Shown here: positions 1 through 8,813 of the stretch, one piece after another
Numbering within the stretch: position 1 is the stretch's first letter
Layout: each line of letters opens with the position of its first letter
Assembly: GCA_965218295.1 (NCBI GenBank)
Contig: CBDCKN010000017.1
Coordinates: forward strand, 32,001-96,000
DNA: 64,000 nt
From: Longimicrobiales bacterium
GTDB taxonomy: Bacteria; Gemmatimonadota; Gemmatimonadetes; Longimicrobiales; Gaopeijiaceae
Direction of reading: 5' to 3'
Notes under the pieces: generated by a model
Told to the model about the DNA's origin: nothing
Databases searched by the model: none
Seen by the model: only the letters and a program-made list of their open reading frames with translations
Program-made: the position numbers and the translations under genes

Positions 1-2141
1 CTGGTTTGCCTCAGCTCATCCTCGGCCTCGAGGAATGAGATCCGGGCGACTGCGAGGACTTCTTCGGCCTTTTCCTCGGCAGCCTCTGCGTTCTCGACCT
101 CTTGCCTCGCACCGGCCGCTTCGCCTACTGCCTCGTCCAGTGCCTGGCGGATTGACTCGACGCGAGCCCTTCGCTCGAGCACACCGGACGTGCCCGAGGG
201 TCTACCGACCTTGATGAAGCCTCGTGGATCGGTGACCATCCCTGCGATTGAGAGCTGTGCGCGCTCGGGAGCGGGGCCGACGGACTCCTGGGTCTCGACC
301 AGATCAACCTCGCCGAGTAGGGCTTCGATCCAGGGGGCTCCTTCTCCCTTGGCCTTGACGGCTTTCAGCAGAGAGCCCCCCGCCGGATCGGGAACTCGAT
401 CGAGCGGAAGCAAGACCAGGCCGCCTCCCTCGGCCCAATCGTCGGCGAACCAACGAACGATCCGGTCGGCGGAGGCGCCATCGCGCACCACGAGAGCCTG
501 TGCGAGGGGGCCCAGGTATGTCTCCACCACCGATGCCACCTCGCCCGGGGCTTCGATGAAGTCCGGGAGGGATCCCACGACGCCGGCGTCCTCGAGGGCG
601 AGGGCCGCCTTGGCGGCGGGATCGATTCCCTCTCGTCTGAGGCCGAGGGCCTCCAGAGCCGCGACTTCCACCTCCATGCCCTGGACCGTCCGAACCGCAT
701 CGAGCTCCCTACGCCTCGCTTCGTCGAAGGCCTTGCGCTGGCCGCCGAGAGCCTCCTGAGCCGCATCGAGGCGCTTCCGGACGTCCTGCACGGCCGCTTC
801 CAGTCCGTCGAGGCGGGTCGTGAAAAGATCGCCCTGCGACTCCAGGTCATTCAGAACGTTGGAGGCGTCACTCAGCTCCGCGGTAATGTGCTTGATGCGG
901 CGCTCGAGTTCGGCGGCCTGGCCCTGGGAAGCCTCGGCATCGCCCTCGAGCTGCGCGCCCCTCCGGACCAAATCCCGCTCCCGGTGCTCCTTCTCCTCTA
1001 CACGGTCGCGGGCTTCCTGGAGACGCGCCTTCACGACCGCGGACGCGTCCGCTTGACGACTCACCTCCGCCCTGACCCGCTCCAGCTCCCGTTCCTGCCC
1101 CTCGTGACTTCCCTGAAGCTCGGCCGATTCGCCCCTGACATCATCCAGGCGCTTCGACCAGGCCTCGCGGTCACCTCCGATCTGACTCAACCGTCGCATG
1201 GCGTAGCCTCCGCGCTCCTCCGCCACCGCGAGATCCCGCTCCCACTCGACGAGCTGAGCCTTCACCTGGGCGAGGGCCGCGGCAGCCTTTGCCCTGGAGC
1301 GCTCCGCCGTTACCTCCTTGAGCCGCAGCCTCTCGTAGGTCGCTTCCGCAGCACGGAGCTCGGCCACCATCCCCTGACCTGTCTTTCGATCGCCCTCCAG
1401 GGCCGCATCGAGCTCCTTCAGGCGCACCTCCAGATCGGCCAAGTTGTTGCGCACGACGGCGACCTCGACTGACAGCCGCCGCTCCCGGAGAGCCCCGTAC
1501 CGTTCTGCCTTCCCCTTCTGCCGAGCCAGAGAGCACACTTTGGTCTCGACCTCGGCGATGACGTCTTCCAAACGGGTGAGATCGTTCTCGGCGTGCTCCA
1601 GGCGACGGAGGGCGGCCTTTCGCCTGTCCTTGTACTTACCGATGCCCGAAGCCTCCTCGAAAAGCTGCCGCCTCTCCTCCGCCCGATCGGAGAGAATGGC
1701 GTCGATCATCCGGTTCTCGATCACCGAATAGGCGTTGGCGCCGAGCCCGGTGTCACGGAAGAGGTCGACCACGTCGCGCAGACGACAGGTCGAGCGGTTG
1801 AGCGAGTAATCGCTCCCCCCGTCTCGGTACACGGTACGGCCGATCTCGACCTCCTCGTACGCAACCGGGAGAACCCCGTCCTCGTTGCTCACCACCATGG
1901 TAACCGCGCCCCGGTTCACGGGGTGGCGATTCAGAGAGCCCTGGAAGATGGCCTCCTCCATCTTCCCTCCCCGGATGGCGGAGGGGCGTTGCTCTCCCAG
2001 TACCCAGCGAACGGCGTCGCTGATATTCGATTTTCCGCAGCCGTTGGGCCCGACGATGGCCGTGATGCCCTCGTGGAAGTCGATGACGGTGGCGTCAGCA
2101 AAAGACTTGAACCCATGTACGCGAAGTGATCGGAGTTTCAT
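1..2141 (-). CDS. smc: Chromosome segregation protein SMC (5' part; runs off the window edge)
   Basis: Manual translation from ATG at 2141 gives MKLRSLRVHGFKSFADATVIDFHEGITAIVGPNGCGKSNI (SMC Walker A), followed by coiled coil. The same frame still reads as coding at base 1. ATGA overlap with the upstream gene. Confidence 0.97.
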   Translation of the reverse strand, partial: MKLRSLRVHGFKSFADATVIDFHEGITAIVGPNGCGKSNISDAVRWVLGEQRPSAIRGGKMEEAIFQGSLNRHPVNRGAVTMVVSNEDGVLPVAYEEVEIGRTVYRDGGSDYSLNRSTCRLRDVVDLFRDTGLGANAYSVIENRMIDAILSDRAEERRQLFEEASGIGKYKDRRKAALRRLEHAENDLTRLEDVIAEVETKVCSLARQKGKAERYGALRERRLSVEVAVVRNNLADLEVRLKELDAALEGDRKTGQGMVAELRAAEATYERLRLKEVTAERSRAKAAAALAQVKAQLVEWERDLAVAEERGGYAMRRLSQIGGDREAWSKRLDDVRGESAELQGSHEGQERELERVRAEVSRQADASAVVKARLQEARDRVEEKEHRERDLVRRGAQLEGDAEASQGQAAELERRIKHITAELSDASNVLNDLESQGDLFTTRLDGLEAAVQDVRKRLDAAQEALGGQRKAFDEARRRELDAVRTVQGMEVEVAALEALGLRREGIDPAAKAALALEDAGVVGSLPDFIEAPGEVASVVETYLGPLAQALVVRDGASADRIVRWFADDWAEGGGLVLLPLDRVPDPAGGSLLKAVKAKGEGAPWIEALLGEVDLVETQESVGPAPERAQLSIAGMVTDPRGFIKVGRPSGTSGVLERRARVESIRQALDEAVGEAAGARQEVENAEAAEEKAEEVLAVARISFLEAEDELRQT

Positions 2142-4552
2142 TGGGGCAGTCGGCCCCTCCGTTCAGTCAGACGTACGTCACCCAGGTCGTTCGCACGAAG
2201 GAGTCGCCCCATCGCAGCGGCCTGGAACTCGTCCACAAAAGCTCCGCCATAGACGCGCAGCCCCGTGGTTCCATCAGGATAGCTCACCTCCAGTACGTGA
2301 GCCGGTATGGAGAGAGCGGCCAGCGACTGGACCCTACCGGCCGCGGCCGCCGCCTCGGCGTACTCGTCGAAGAAGAACGAGTATCTCGCCTCCTGAACCG
2401 TCCACATAGCCGGATTGAGGCGGTCCAGGACCTGAGCCAGAGGCTCCTTCAGGGCGTCTGCCTCCACTGCGCTGAAGGCGGGGCCTGCGAGCAGCGCGTA
2501 TTGGTCGGCCCCGGCCACGTCGATAACGGTCACGAAGAACAGAAGCTCGGGAAGCCGCCCCCGGAGCGCGTCCACCGTACTCGAGGCCGTTTCCATGCTG
2601 CGCCAGGCATCGACCATGAGCACATGGCTTATCACTGGCGTCTCGGGCGTCGGGCCGGGTAGCTCTACCGGGGGTGGCACGCCAGAGCGCACGCGCTCAG
2701 GCGGTGTGACCCCGGGGATGTTGATGAAGCCGAAATACGCAGCCGTGATACCTCCGCCCCCCACGATCAAGGCTGTGGCCATACCCACCAGCAGCTGCCG
2801 GACCCTGGCTCCCCGCCTTCGCCGCCGATCCAACTCCTCCAACCCCGACATCTTGCGAGGCGGGCCTTCCTCCAGGTCGACGGCAGTCTCGCCTGCCGTG
2901 TCTTCGGGGAGCGCATCAGTGCCGGCTCCCATTGCCTCTACGGCCGCATCCACGGCGATGGACTCGTCGGCGCCTACCGAGGGATCCCCGGGAGGCGCGT
3001 CACTGGTGGCCAGGGATGCCACAGGCTCGGGCGAACCCAGATCGGGATCGTCGAATGCCAAGTCTCCCGCGGCCCCGCTGAGATCTTCCGCTGGCACCAG
3101 CTCCTCGTCGTCGAGCAGGTCGTCCTCCGCGAGGGGGCTGGCTTCCACCTCGAGGTCGCCGTCTCCGAAGCCGAGGTCGTCTGAGTCCTCGGCCTCCCCT
3201 ACCTGCTCCGCACCCGGACCGGCCTCGAAGCCGGCCGCGGCACCCTCTTCGACAACGCCACTCTCCAAGTCGTCCGGAGCGTCTTCCAGCTCGAATCCGG
3301 CCCCTGTCTCGAAGCCCTCCATGTCCAGATGGGCATCCTCGGCGGCTGCCGCCTCGTCCATCTCGATCGTGGATCCCCTCACACCCTCGACGGCTGGCAT
3401 GCCCGGCTCTTCGACGGCCGCCTCATCGGCAATTGCCGGTCCCTCCACCTCCGTGACCTCTACCTCCGCGGCCTCCGCCTCCGGGGGGGCCACCTCTACC
3501 GGCTCGACCTCCAAGGGCTCCATCTCATCAGGGGCTCCGACGAGAGGAGCTCGAGCCTCTGGCTCGGCTTCGTCAGACGCGTCGTACTGCGATCCCGCCA
3601 CACCTTCGAGACTGAACCCGTCCGAATCATCAACTTCGTCCGCCGCATTACCGGTTGAGTCGGGGAGTCCCTCCATGGTGAAGAGTCCCGCGTCACCAGC
3701 CGGCTCTTCCGTGACGCCGGCCGGAACGACTTCGGCCCCGAGGGGAGTCTCGACCTCCGGCTCCGGCTCGGACTCTATCGTCGGCTCCACCTCGAGCTCG
3801 GGCTCCCGTTCGTCATCAATTTCAGAGATCATCTCCACCTCCGGCTCTGCTTCTGACTCTGCCTCGAGCGGCGCTACGAACTCAGGCTCAGGCTCCGACG
3901 TCATGTCGACTTCCGGCTCCATGACCGGCGGGGCGATCTCGTCGGCGCCGACCTCCCCAGCGGCCTCCGGACCGAGCACGGCAAGGATGCGATCCGACGC
4001 GGAGCCCAGGATCGACGACACGTCCTCCGCCGCCTCCGCGACAACGATGACTCCCGCCGCCTGGTCGAGGAGGGCCCGAGCTCCGGTCGTGGCCGCTGAC
4101 AAATGCAGCAGGAGCACCGCCCCCGCCTCCTGGAAGCCGCTGATCACGGTATCCCACTTGGGATGCGCTAAGACTTCCGCGGCGTCGTCCACGGGGGTCC
4201 CGGCCGGGGCAAAGAGGATCCCGCCCCCGACGGATCGGGCCACACGCTTCACCGACGCTCCGTAGAGCATGACGTCGGACACGCCCTCATCATTCGTGCC
4301 GTCTACCGACTCGTGGAGAACCGGGTCCTCGAGGGACGCGTCCGCGAGCAGGACGCTTCGGCCCTTGGCGGCCCAGCCCCGGGCGACGAGCAGGCTCACC
4401 TCCGCCCCCCAGCGTCGATCGATCTCAGGTGCCACCAGGAGAACGACGCAGCCCGTGGTGGAATCGAAGGAATCCAGTGCGGCGTCGATGTGCTCGGGCA
4501 GACCCTCGTTGGCCGGATCTATGGGCTGCCAGGCTGGATTATATGGGCTCAT
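2138..4552 (-). CDS. Membrane protein: degenerate MinD/BY-kinase-like N-domain, long acidic linker, one TM, C-terminal SPOR-like domains
   Basis: ORF 2138..4597, likely start MSPYNP at 4552. GRSVLLADASLEDPVLH motif, very E/D-rich middle, RRRR followed by a hydrophobic TM, RVYGGAF SPOR-like end. Confidence 0.75.
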   Translation of the reverse strand: MSPYNPAWQPIDPANEGLPEHIDAALDSFDSTTGCVVLLVAPEIDRRWGAEVSLLVARGWAAKGRSVLLADASLEDPVLHESVDGTNDEGVSDVMLYGASVKRVARSVGGGILFAPAGTPVDDAAEVLAHPKWDTVISGFQEAGAVLLLHLSAATTGARALLDQAAGVIVVAEAAEDVSSILGSASDRILAVLGPEAAGEVGADEIAPPVMEPEVDMTSEPEPEFVAPLEAESEAEPEVEMISEIDDEREPELEVEPTIESEPEPEVETPLGAEVVPAGVTEEPAGDAGLFTMEGLPDSTGNAADEVDDSDGFSLEGVAGSQYDASDEAEPEARAPLVGAPDEMEPLEVEPVEVAPPEAEAAEVEVTEVEGPAIADEAAVEEPGMPAVEGVRGSTIEMDEAAAAEDAHLDMEGFETGAGFELEDAPDDLESGVVEEGAAAGFEAGPGAEQVGEAEDSDDLGFGDGDLEVEASPLAEDDLLDDEELVPAEDLSGAAGDLAFDDPDLGSPEPVASLATSDAPPGDPSVGADESIAVDAAVEAMGAGTDALPEDTAGETAVDLEEGPPRKMSGLEELDRRRRRGARVRQLLVGMATALIVGGGGITAAYFGFINIPGVTPPERVRSGVPPPVELPGPTPETPVISHVLMVDAWRSMETASSTVDALRGRLPELLFFVTVIDVAGADQYALLAGPAFSAVEADALKEPLAQVLDRLNPAMWTVQEARYSFFFDEYAEAAAAAGRVQSLAALSIPAHVLEVSYPDGTTGLRVYGGAFVDEFQAAAMGRLLRANDLGDVRLTERRGRLPQ

Positions 4553-4699
4553 CCGTGCACCCTTCGCATGGTGAAGATTCCGCGCCGCGACGGGCACGAT
4601 GCACCAGAGGAACAGAGACCTCGCGATCCCCGTCTTGATGGCGGCAAAGGTAACCCACCCTCCAGAGGAGGTCCACTGGAATCGTAGGAGTATCGGCCC

Positions 4700-6025
4700 T
4701 CAACGCACATATCGACCTATCCGTCGCTCGAGCTCCGGTGCGCCCCCCGGCGAAGCATTCAACGCTGCCCCCATGACCTCGGCTTCCGCAGGGCTCTGAT
4801 AGGCTCCGGCATACACCCGGAACAGGGGCCTCTGCATGCCGCCGACCTCGAGGACATATGCGCCGATACCCGCGTTGCGGACCTCCGCCACCCGGACCTG
4901 CGCCGCCTCCGACGACTCGAACTCCCCGAAACCATATGCCAAAGGGGTCGGACGCACGATCCAACGAGCCGCGTTCTCGTCGGAAAGCGTCTCCGCCAGG
5001 GACGCCCGCAGGCGCTCGGCCCCCAGAGAGTCCTCGACGGGGCCGGCGAGGACCCGATGATAGACGCGGCCCGACACTCGCACCGGAGCGACGATGAAGA
5101 GCAGGTCTGGACGCCGTCGGGCCATCCTCTGGGCCTGCCGTCCGGCGGTCTCGCCCGCCTGGTAGGCAGCCAGTGCCAGCGAATACGCCTGGTGCGGCCC
5201 GGCCAGCGACGTCGATGGCGCCGAGGAAACGGGTGGCTGGGGAGCAGTAGCCTCCACTAACGGTGGTACGGGTTCCGAGGCTGTGAACATGACCTGCCAC
5301 AGGGCCAGGGCCCCCAGCCCCACGAGGGTACCGGCCAGGGCCGGCCGCCACAGGATGACCCTCGGCTCAGGACTGGGCTCTTCACCCATGGTCTCGGTCT
5401 CCTGCTGCACGTCTGCGACGGCGCTCGAATCAGCAGTGGAGCCGAAGTCATCCGCAGCGGGCTGCTGGGGTGCCTCCGGCGGCTCTGCCGCCTGCGCCCC
5501 CTTCGCACCCCGGTCCTCCACGAGGCCTGCCACATCGTCGAGAGCGAAGGACTGGGCCACCCACTCCGCCTCGGTGGGGTCGCCGGCCAAGAGCAGCGTC
5601 GCAGCGCTGCGGGCTACCAGAGCATCCACGCCCGGTAGTTCTGCGGGCACATAGAACAGGATCGTGGCCTGAGCGTCCCCCACCTCCTCCACGAAGGCGG
5701 CCCATTCATCACTCAGAGTGACTTCTGTGGGATCTTCGATCGGCGTCCCGACAGAAACGAACTGGAAGCCCGGCGTCCCCACCTGTTGTGCCACCGAAGG
5801 GATCGGTGCCTCTCGGAGGACGACACGGTGGCCCTGACCGGACCAAGCCCGGGCGAGGGCCACGGCAGCAGTGGGACTCCAGGATGACCGGATGACGTCC
5901 GGGGCGACGATGAGGGTGACGACGCCCCTCCCGGCGCCGGAGAGGAGTGCGCCGGGTGCCGCGATCACCGGTAGACGACCGGAGTCGGGGTCGAACGGGT
6001 ATAGTTGCGAGTGGCCCCGATCCAA
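4700..6025 (-). CDS. Paralogous SPOR-like domain membrane protein with degenerate P-loop-like N-domain
   Basis: Same architecture as the neighbour: ALARAWSGQGHRVVL, a TM segment, and YHRVLAGP / FRVYAGAY SPOR-like motifs. Confidence 0.72.
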   Translation of the reverse strand: MDRGHSQLYPFDPDSGRLPVIAAPGALLSGAGRGVVTLIVAPDVIRSSWSPTAAVALARAWSGQGHRVVLREAPIPSVAQQVGTPGFQFVSVGTPIEDPTEVTLSDEWAAFVEEVGDAQATILFYVPAELPGVDALVARSAATLLLAGDPTEAEWVAQSFALDDVAGLVEDRGAKGAQAAEPPEAPQQPAADDFGSTADSSAVADVQQETETMGEEPSPEPRVILWRPALAGTLVGLGALALWQVMFTASEPVPPLVEATAPQPPVSSAPSTSLAGPHQAYSLALAAYQAGETAGRQAQRMARRRPDLLFIVAPVRVSGRVYHRVLAGPVEDSLGAERLRASLAETLSDENAARWIVRPTPLAYGFGEFESSEAAQVRVAEVRNAGIGAYVLEVGGMQRPLFRVYAGAYQSPAEAEVMGAALNASPGGAPELERRIGRYVR

Positions 6026-6170
6026 CGGGCCCTACGCTCCTAGCGAGGGTTGGATTGCAGCCTCCGTCGATGCGTCCATGGGCAACTCGTTTCGGCTGCC
6101 ACCTCAAGCTACATGTCCACCCGGACGCTTGTAAACAGGCTTGACAGGGGGTGCGGTACGGCAGTCCTCG

Positions 6171-6539
6171 TCACTCGAACTCAAACATCGTAGCGTCCCC
6201 CCAAAGAACCTCGAGCTGGTAGAATTCCCGGGCCCCCGGGTGAAAGACATGCACCACGAACTCGATGTAATCGACGAGGACCCAGCGGCCCCCCTGCAGT
6301 CCCTCGACATGGGCCGGTCGGATACCCTCCTTCTTCAGTTCCCCGATGACGTGGTCGGCGATAGCTTTCACCTGGACGTGGGACTGCCCGGTGGCGAGCA
6401 GGAAGTAGTCCGTGGCGTTCGAGATGCCCCTCAGGTCGAGTGCAACCACGTCGGCTGCCTTGCGTTCGAGGGCGCACTCCGCTGCTCGCTGCACGTCTTG
6501 GCCAATCTCGGACACGTCGGTTCTCGACTGATCTCCCAT
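6171..6539 (-). CDS. rsfS: Ribosome silencing factor RsfS
   Basis: DYFLLATG, WVLVDY..FVVHVF..REFYQLEVLW motifs. Confidence 0.95.
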   Translation of the reverse strand: MGDQSRTDVSEIGQDVQRAAECALERKAADVVALDLRGISNATDYFLLATGQSHVQVKAIADHVIGELKKEGIRPAHVEGLQGGRWVLVDYIEFVVHVFHPGAREFYQLEVLWGDATMFEFE

Positions 6540-6555
6540 GCCGACCTCTAGAGGC

Positions 6556-7011
6556 TTACTCCTCGCCTCGCTCCATACGAACCTCCACGTCGACCTCGAC
6601 CTGACTGTGGAGGCGAACCGGCACCTTGAAGGTCCCCAGGAGCTTCAACGGTTCTTCGAGTATGACGGTGCGTCGGTCCACCTCGAAATCCAGCTCTCCA
6701 TGGTTCAACTGATCGGCGACGTCTGCGTTCGTTACGGAGCCGAACAGCTTGCCGTCATCCCCCGCCCTGACGTGAAATACGAGCGACGTTCCTTCGAGCT
6801 GGGATGCCCGACGACGCGCCTCCAGGTAGTCGTGCCTGGCGCTCTCCTCGGCCCGCGCATGCTCCTCTTCCAACCTCTTCAGGTTGGCGTCACTCGCCAC
6901 GTACGCGAGTCCTTGGGGAATCAGATAGTTCCGCGCGTAACCCGGCCTTACGTCGATGATGTCGCCCTCACCTCCGAGCGTCTCCACCGCCTTCCTCAGA
7001 ATGAGCTTCAT
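6556..7011 (-). CDS. rplI: 50S ribosomal protein L9
   Basis: MKLILRK...VRPGYARNYLIPQG, GKLFGSVT. Confidence 0.98.
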   Translation of the reverse strand: MKLILRKAVETLGGEGDIIDVRPGYARNYLIPQGLAYVASDANLKRLEEEHARAEESARHDYLEARRRASQLEGTSLVFHVRAGDDGKLFGSVTNADVADQLNHGELDFEVDRRTVILEEPLKLLGTFKVPVRLHSQVEVDVEVRMERGEE

Positions 7012-7024
7012 GGACCGTCTCCGT

Positions 7025-7966
7025 CTACGAGTCAGTGCCGCTGGCCGACGCCTCGGCCTTGGCGCGTAGGTCGAGCCAAGTATCGCCGACGCCGATGACC
7101 AGCGCCCCCATGATCAATACAGGCGCAAGGAACAACATGCCGAGCGCGACCGCCAAGAAACCGAACAGCGAGATACCACCGTTGAAGAACAGAACCACGG
7201 CGGCCCCTCGGATGGCATAGAGCCCGCCCATGAACACGACGGCGTTGGTCCCCGCCAACGTCCATGCCTCACCCAATCCGAGCACGATCAAGGTCAGCCC
7301 CACCAGTAACAGCCACACGAAGTGGTCGTTGAACCGGAAATCCTTGAGCGGCCCCAATCCCTGGTCACTCCCCGCAGCGAGTCTAACGTAGCCCCACCAG
7401 GCCACTCCGAGTCCCGCTAGTGACGACAGACCGAGAAGCGCCGGGAAGAGTCTTCCCTGCTGCGCCGCAGTCGCGAACACTGTGTTGACCATGGCAGTCG
7501 GGATGTCCCGTTCGGGGTTCAGGGCGGTCAGCAGGCTAATGGCCAGGCTGACACTCTTCATGATTCCGTCGGTAACGAGCCAGTCCACCATGGCCCAGGA
7601 GCCCGGTTGGAGCGCCAGAAGTGCCGCTACGAGGGCGAAGGTGCCCAGGACGGCCCCCAAGGCTCGCGGGAAGAACCGGCTGCCGGGCCAGCGCATCGTC
7701 AGGACCACGAACCATCCCGCCAAGACGACCGCCCACCCGCGCTCCAGATACCAGATACCGCCGCGTGCTGTAACCCCCAATGTGACCATCACGGCCAGAA
7801 TGGCGGCCATCACCGTCGGAAACCTGCGGGCACCCAAGACCAGCGCGAGGACCAGGAACGGTACCGCCACCAACACCCCTGCACTGACAACTGCCAGCGC
7901 GAGAGTGACGAGCAGGAGTGCGGCGGCGCGCAGCCATGTTCGCTCCGGCCGCGCCGTGGAATCCAA
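7025..7966 (-). CDS. DUF2232/YybS-family membrane protein
   Basis: Multi-TM protein ending IGVGDTWLDLR, in the usual position between rpsR and rplI. Confidence 0.8.
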   Translation of the reverse strand: MDSTARPERTWLRAAALLLVTLALAVVSAGVLVAVPFLVLALVLGARRFPTVMAAILAVMVTLGVTARGGIWYLERGWAVVLAGWFVVLTMRWPGSRFFPRALGAVLGTFALVAALLALQPGSWAMVDWLVTDGIMKSVSLAISLLTALNPERDIPTAMVNTVFATAAQQGRLFPALLGLSSLAGLGVAWWGYVRLAAGSDQGLGPLKDFRFNDHFVWLLLVGLTLIVLGLGEAWTLAGTNAVVFMGGLYAIRGAAVVLFFNGGISLFGFLAVALGMLFLAPVLIMGALVIGVGDTWLDLRAKAEASASGTDS

Positions 7967-7987
7967 GAGATCTCGCTCCGAAGAGGC

Positions 7988-8644
7988 CTAGACCTCGTGG
8001 TCCCGGACGTATGGGATCAACGCCAGATACCGGGCCCGCTTGATGGCACGTCCGAGCTGTCGCTGGAAGCGGGCCGTGACCTTCGTCGTACGCTTCGGCA
8101 AGATCTTGCCCTGCTCGGTCATGAACTGAGACAGCGTCGAAACGTCCTTGTAGTTGAGGAGCTCGATGACCGGCCCCTCCATACGACGCCGGCGTCCCCG
8201 GCCACCGCTGAACTCAGGGGGGCTGTGCCGCACCGGTGCGTCGTCATCGGTCTCGGACGCTTCGTCCTCGGGATCCGCATGGTCGTCATCGTCGTCATCA
8301 TCTTCTTTTTGAGTGCGGGGGGGGCGCTCTCCGAGGGTCGACCTCCCGGACGTAGGCTCCCCCTCGTTCACGACGACCAGGTACCGCATGAGGTCGGTGT
8401 CGAGTCTGAGCACCCGCTCGAACTCCGGAAGTCCGTCGGAGCCGGCGCGAACCTGCGCCACCACGTAATTGCCTGTCTTCTGCTTCTTCACGGGGTAGGC
8501 CATCTGACGCACCCCCCAGTGATCGACAGCCATGACTTCGCCGTCGCTTCCGATCACGAGGGGATGGAACTTCTCCAGCTTCTTATTGACCGCATCTTCA
8601 TCGAGGGTAGCGTCGAAGATGTAGACGATCTCGTATAGCCGCAT
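7988..8644 (-). CDS. rpsF-rpsR: Fused 30S ribosomal proteins S6 (N-term) and S18 (C-term)
   Basis: One ORF: MRLYEIVYIF...WGVRQMAYPVKK...MRYLVV (S6), acidic linker, RRRR...NYKDVSTLSQFMTEQGKILPKRTT...AIKRARYLALIPY (S18). Confidence 0.92.
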   Translation of the reverse strand: MRLYEIVYIFDATLDEDAVNKKLEKFHPLVIGSDGEVMAVDHWGVRQMAYPVKKQKTGNYVVAQVRAGSDGLPEFERVLRLDTDLMRYLVVVNEGEPTSGRSTLGERPPRTQKEDDDDDDDHADPEDEASETDDDAPVRHSPPEFSGGRGRRRRMEGPVIELLNYKDVSTLSQFMTEQGKILPKRTTKVTARFQRQLGRAIKRARYLALIPYVRDHEV

Positions 8645-8650
8645 GGTTGT

Positions 8651-8702
8651 TCTCCCACGGTCCGTATGTACACGGGCCCCGCCACGCGGGCGGAGCGGGA
8701 TG
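8651..8702 (-). promoter_or_regulatory. Candidate structured rpsF leader (possible S6:S18 autoregulatory element)
   Basis: Leader AUCCCG-CUCCGCC/GGCGGGG-CCGUG/UACGG-CGUGGGAG can fold so that the GGGAG SD is sequestered. A TATATT -10-like box lies at 8711-8716. Confidence 0.4.
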
Positions 8703-8813
8703 AGCCAGTTAATATATGCCATGCCCGTGCGTTTTGTACCCCCGCGCAGCCACCGGCATGAGGGTGGTAAGCTACCGGGGATAGAGTTCCAAGACCGCCC
8801 GCCGGGACCATTC

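Noticed and set aside
190..2129. Several plus-strand ORFs over the first 2 kb
   Set aside because: Antisense shadows of smc, which the ORF track misses because it has no stop inside the window.
2900..3960. Quasi-repeats (EPEPE, EVE) suggesting a repeat array
   Set aside because: Low-complexity protein coding; no fixed-length repeat-spacer structure, so not CRISPR.
2595..4265. 556-aa Ser/Ala-rich plus-strand ORF
   Set aside because: Antisense of the acidic linker; its composition mirrors Glu/Asp codons on the coding strand.
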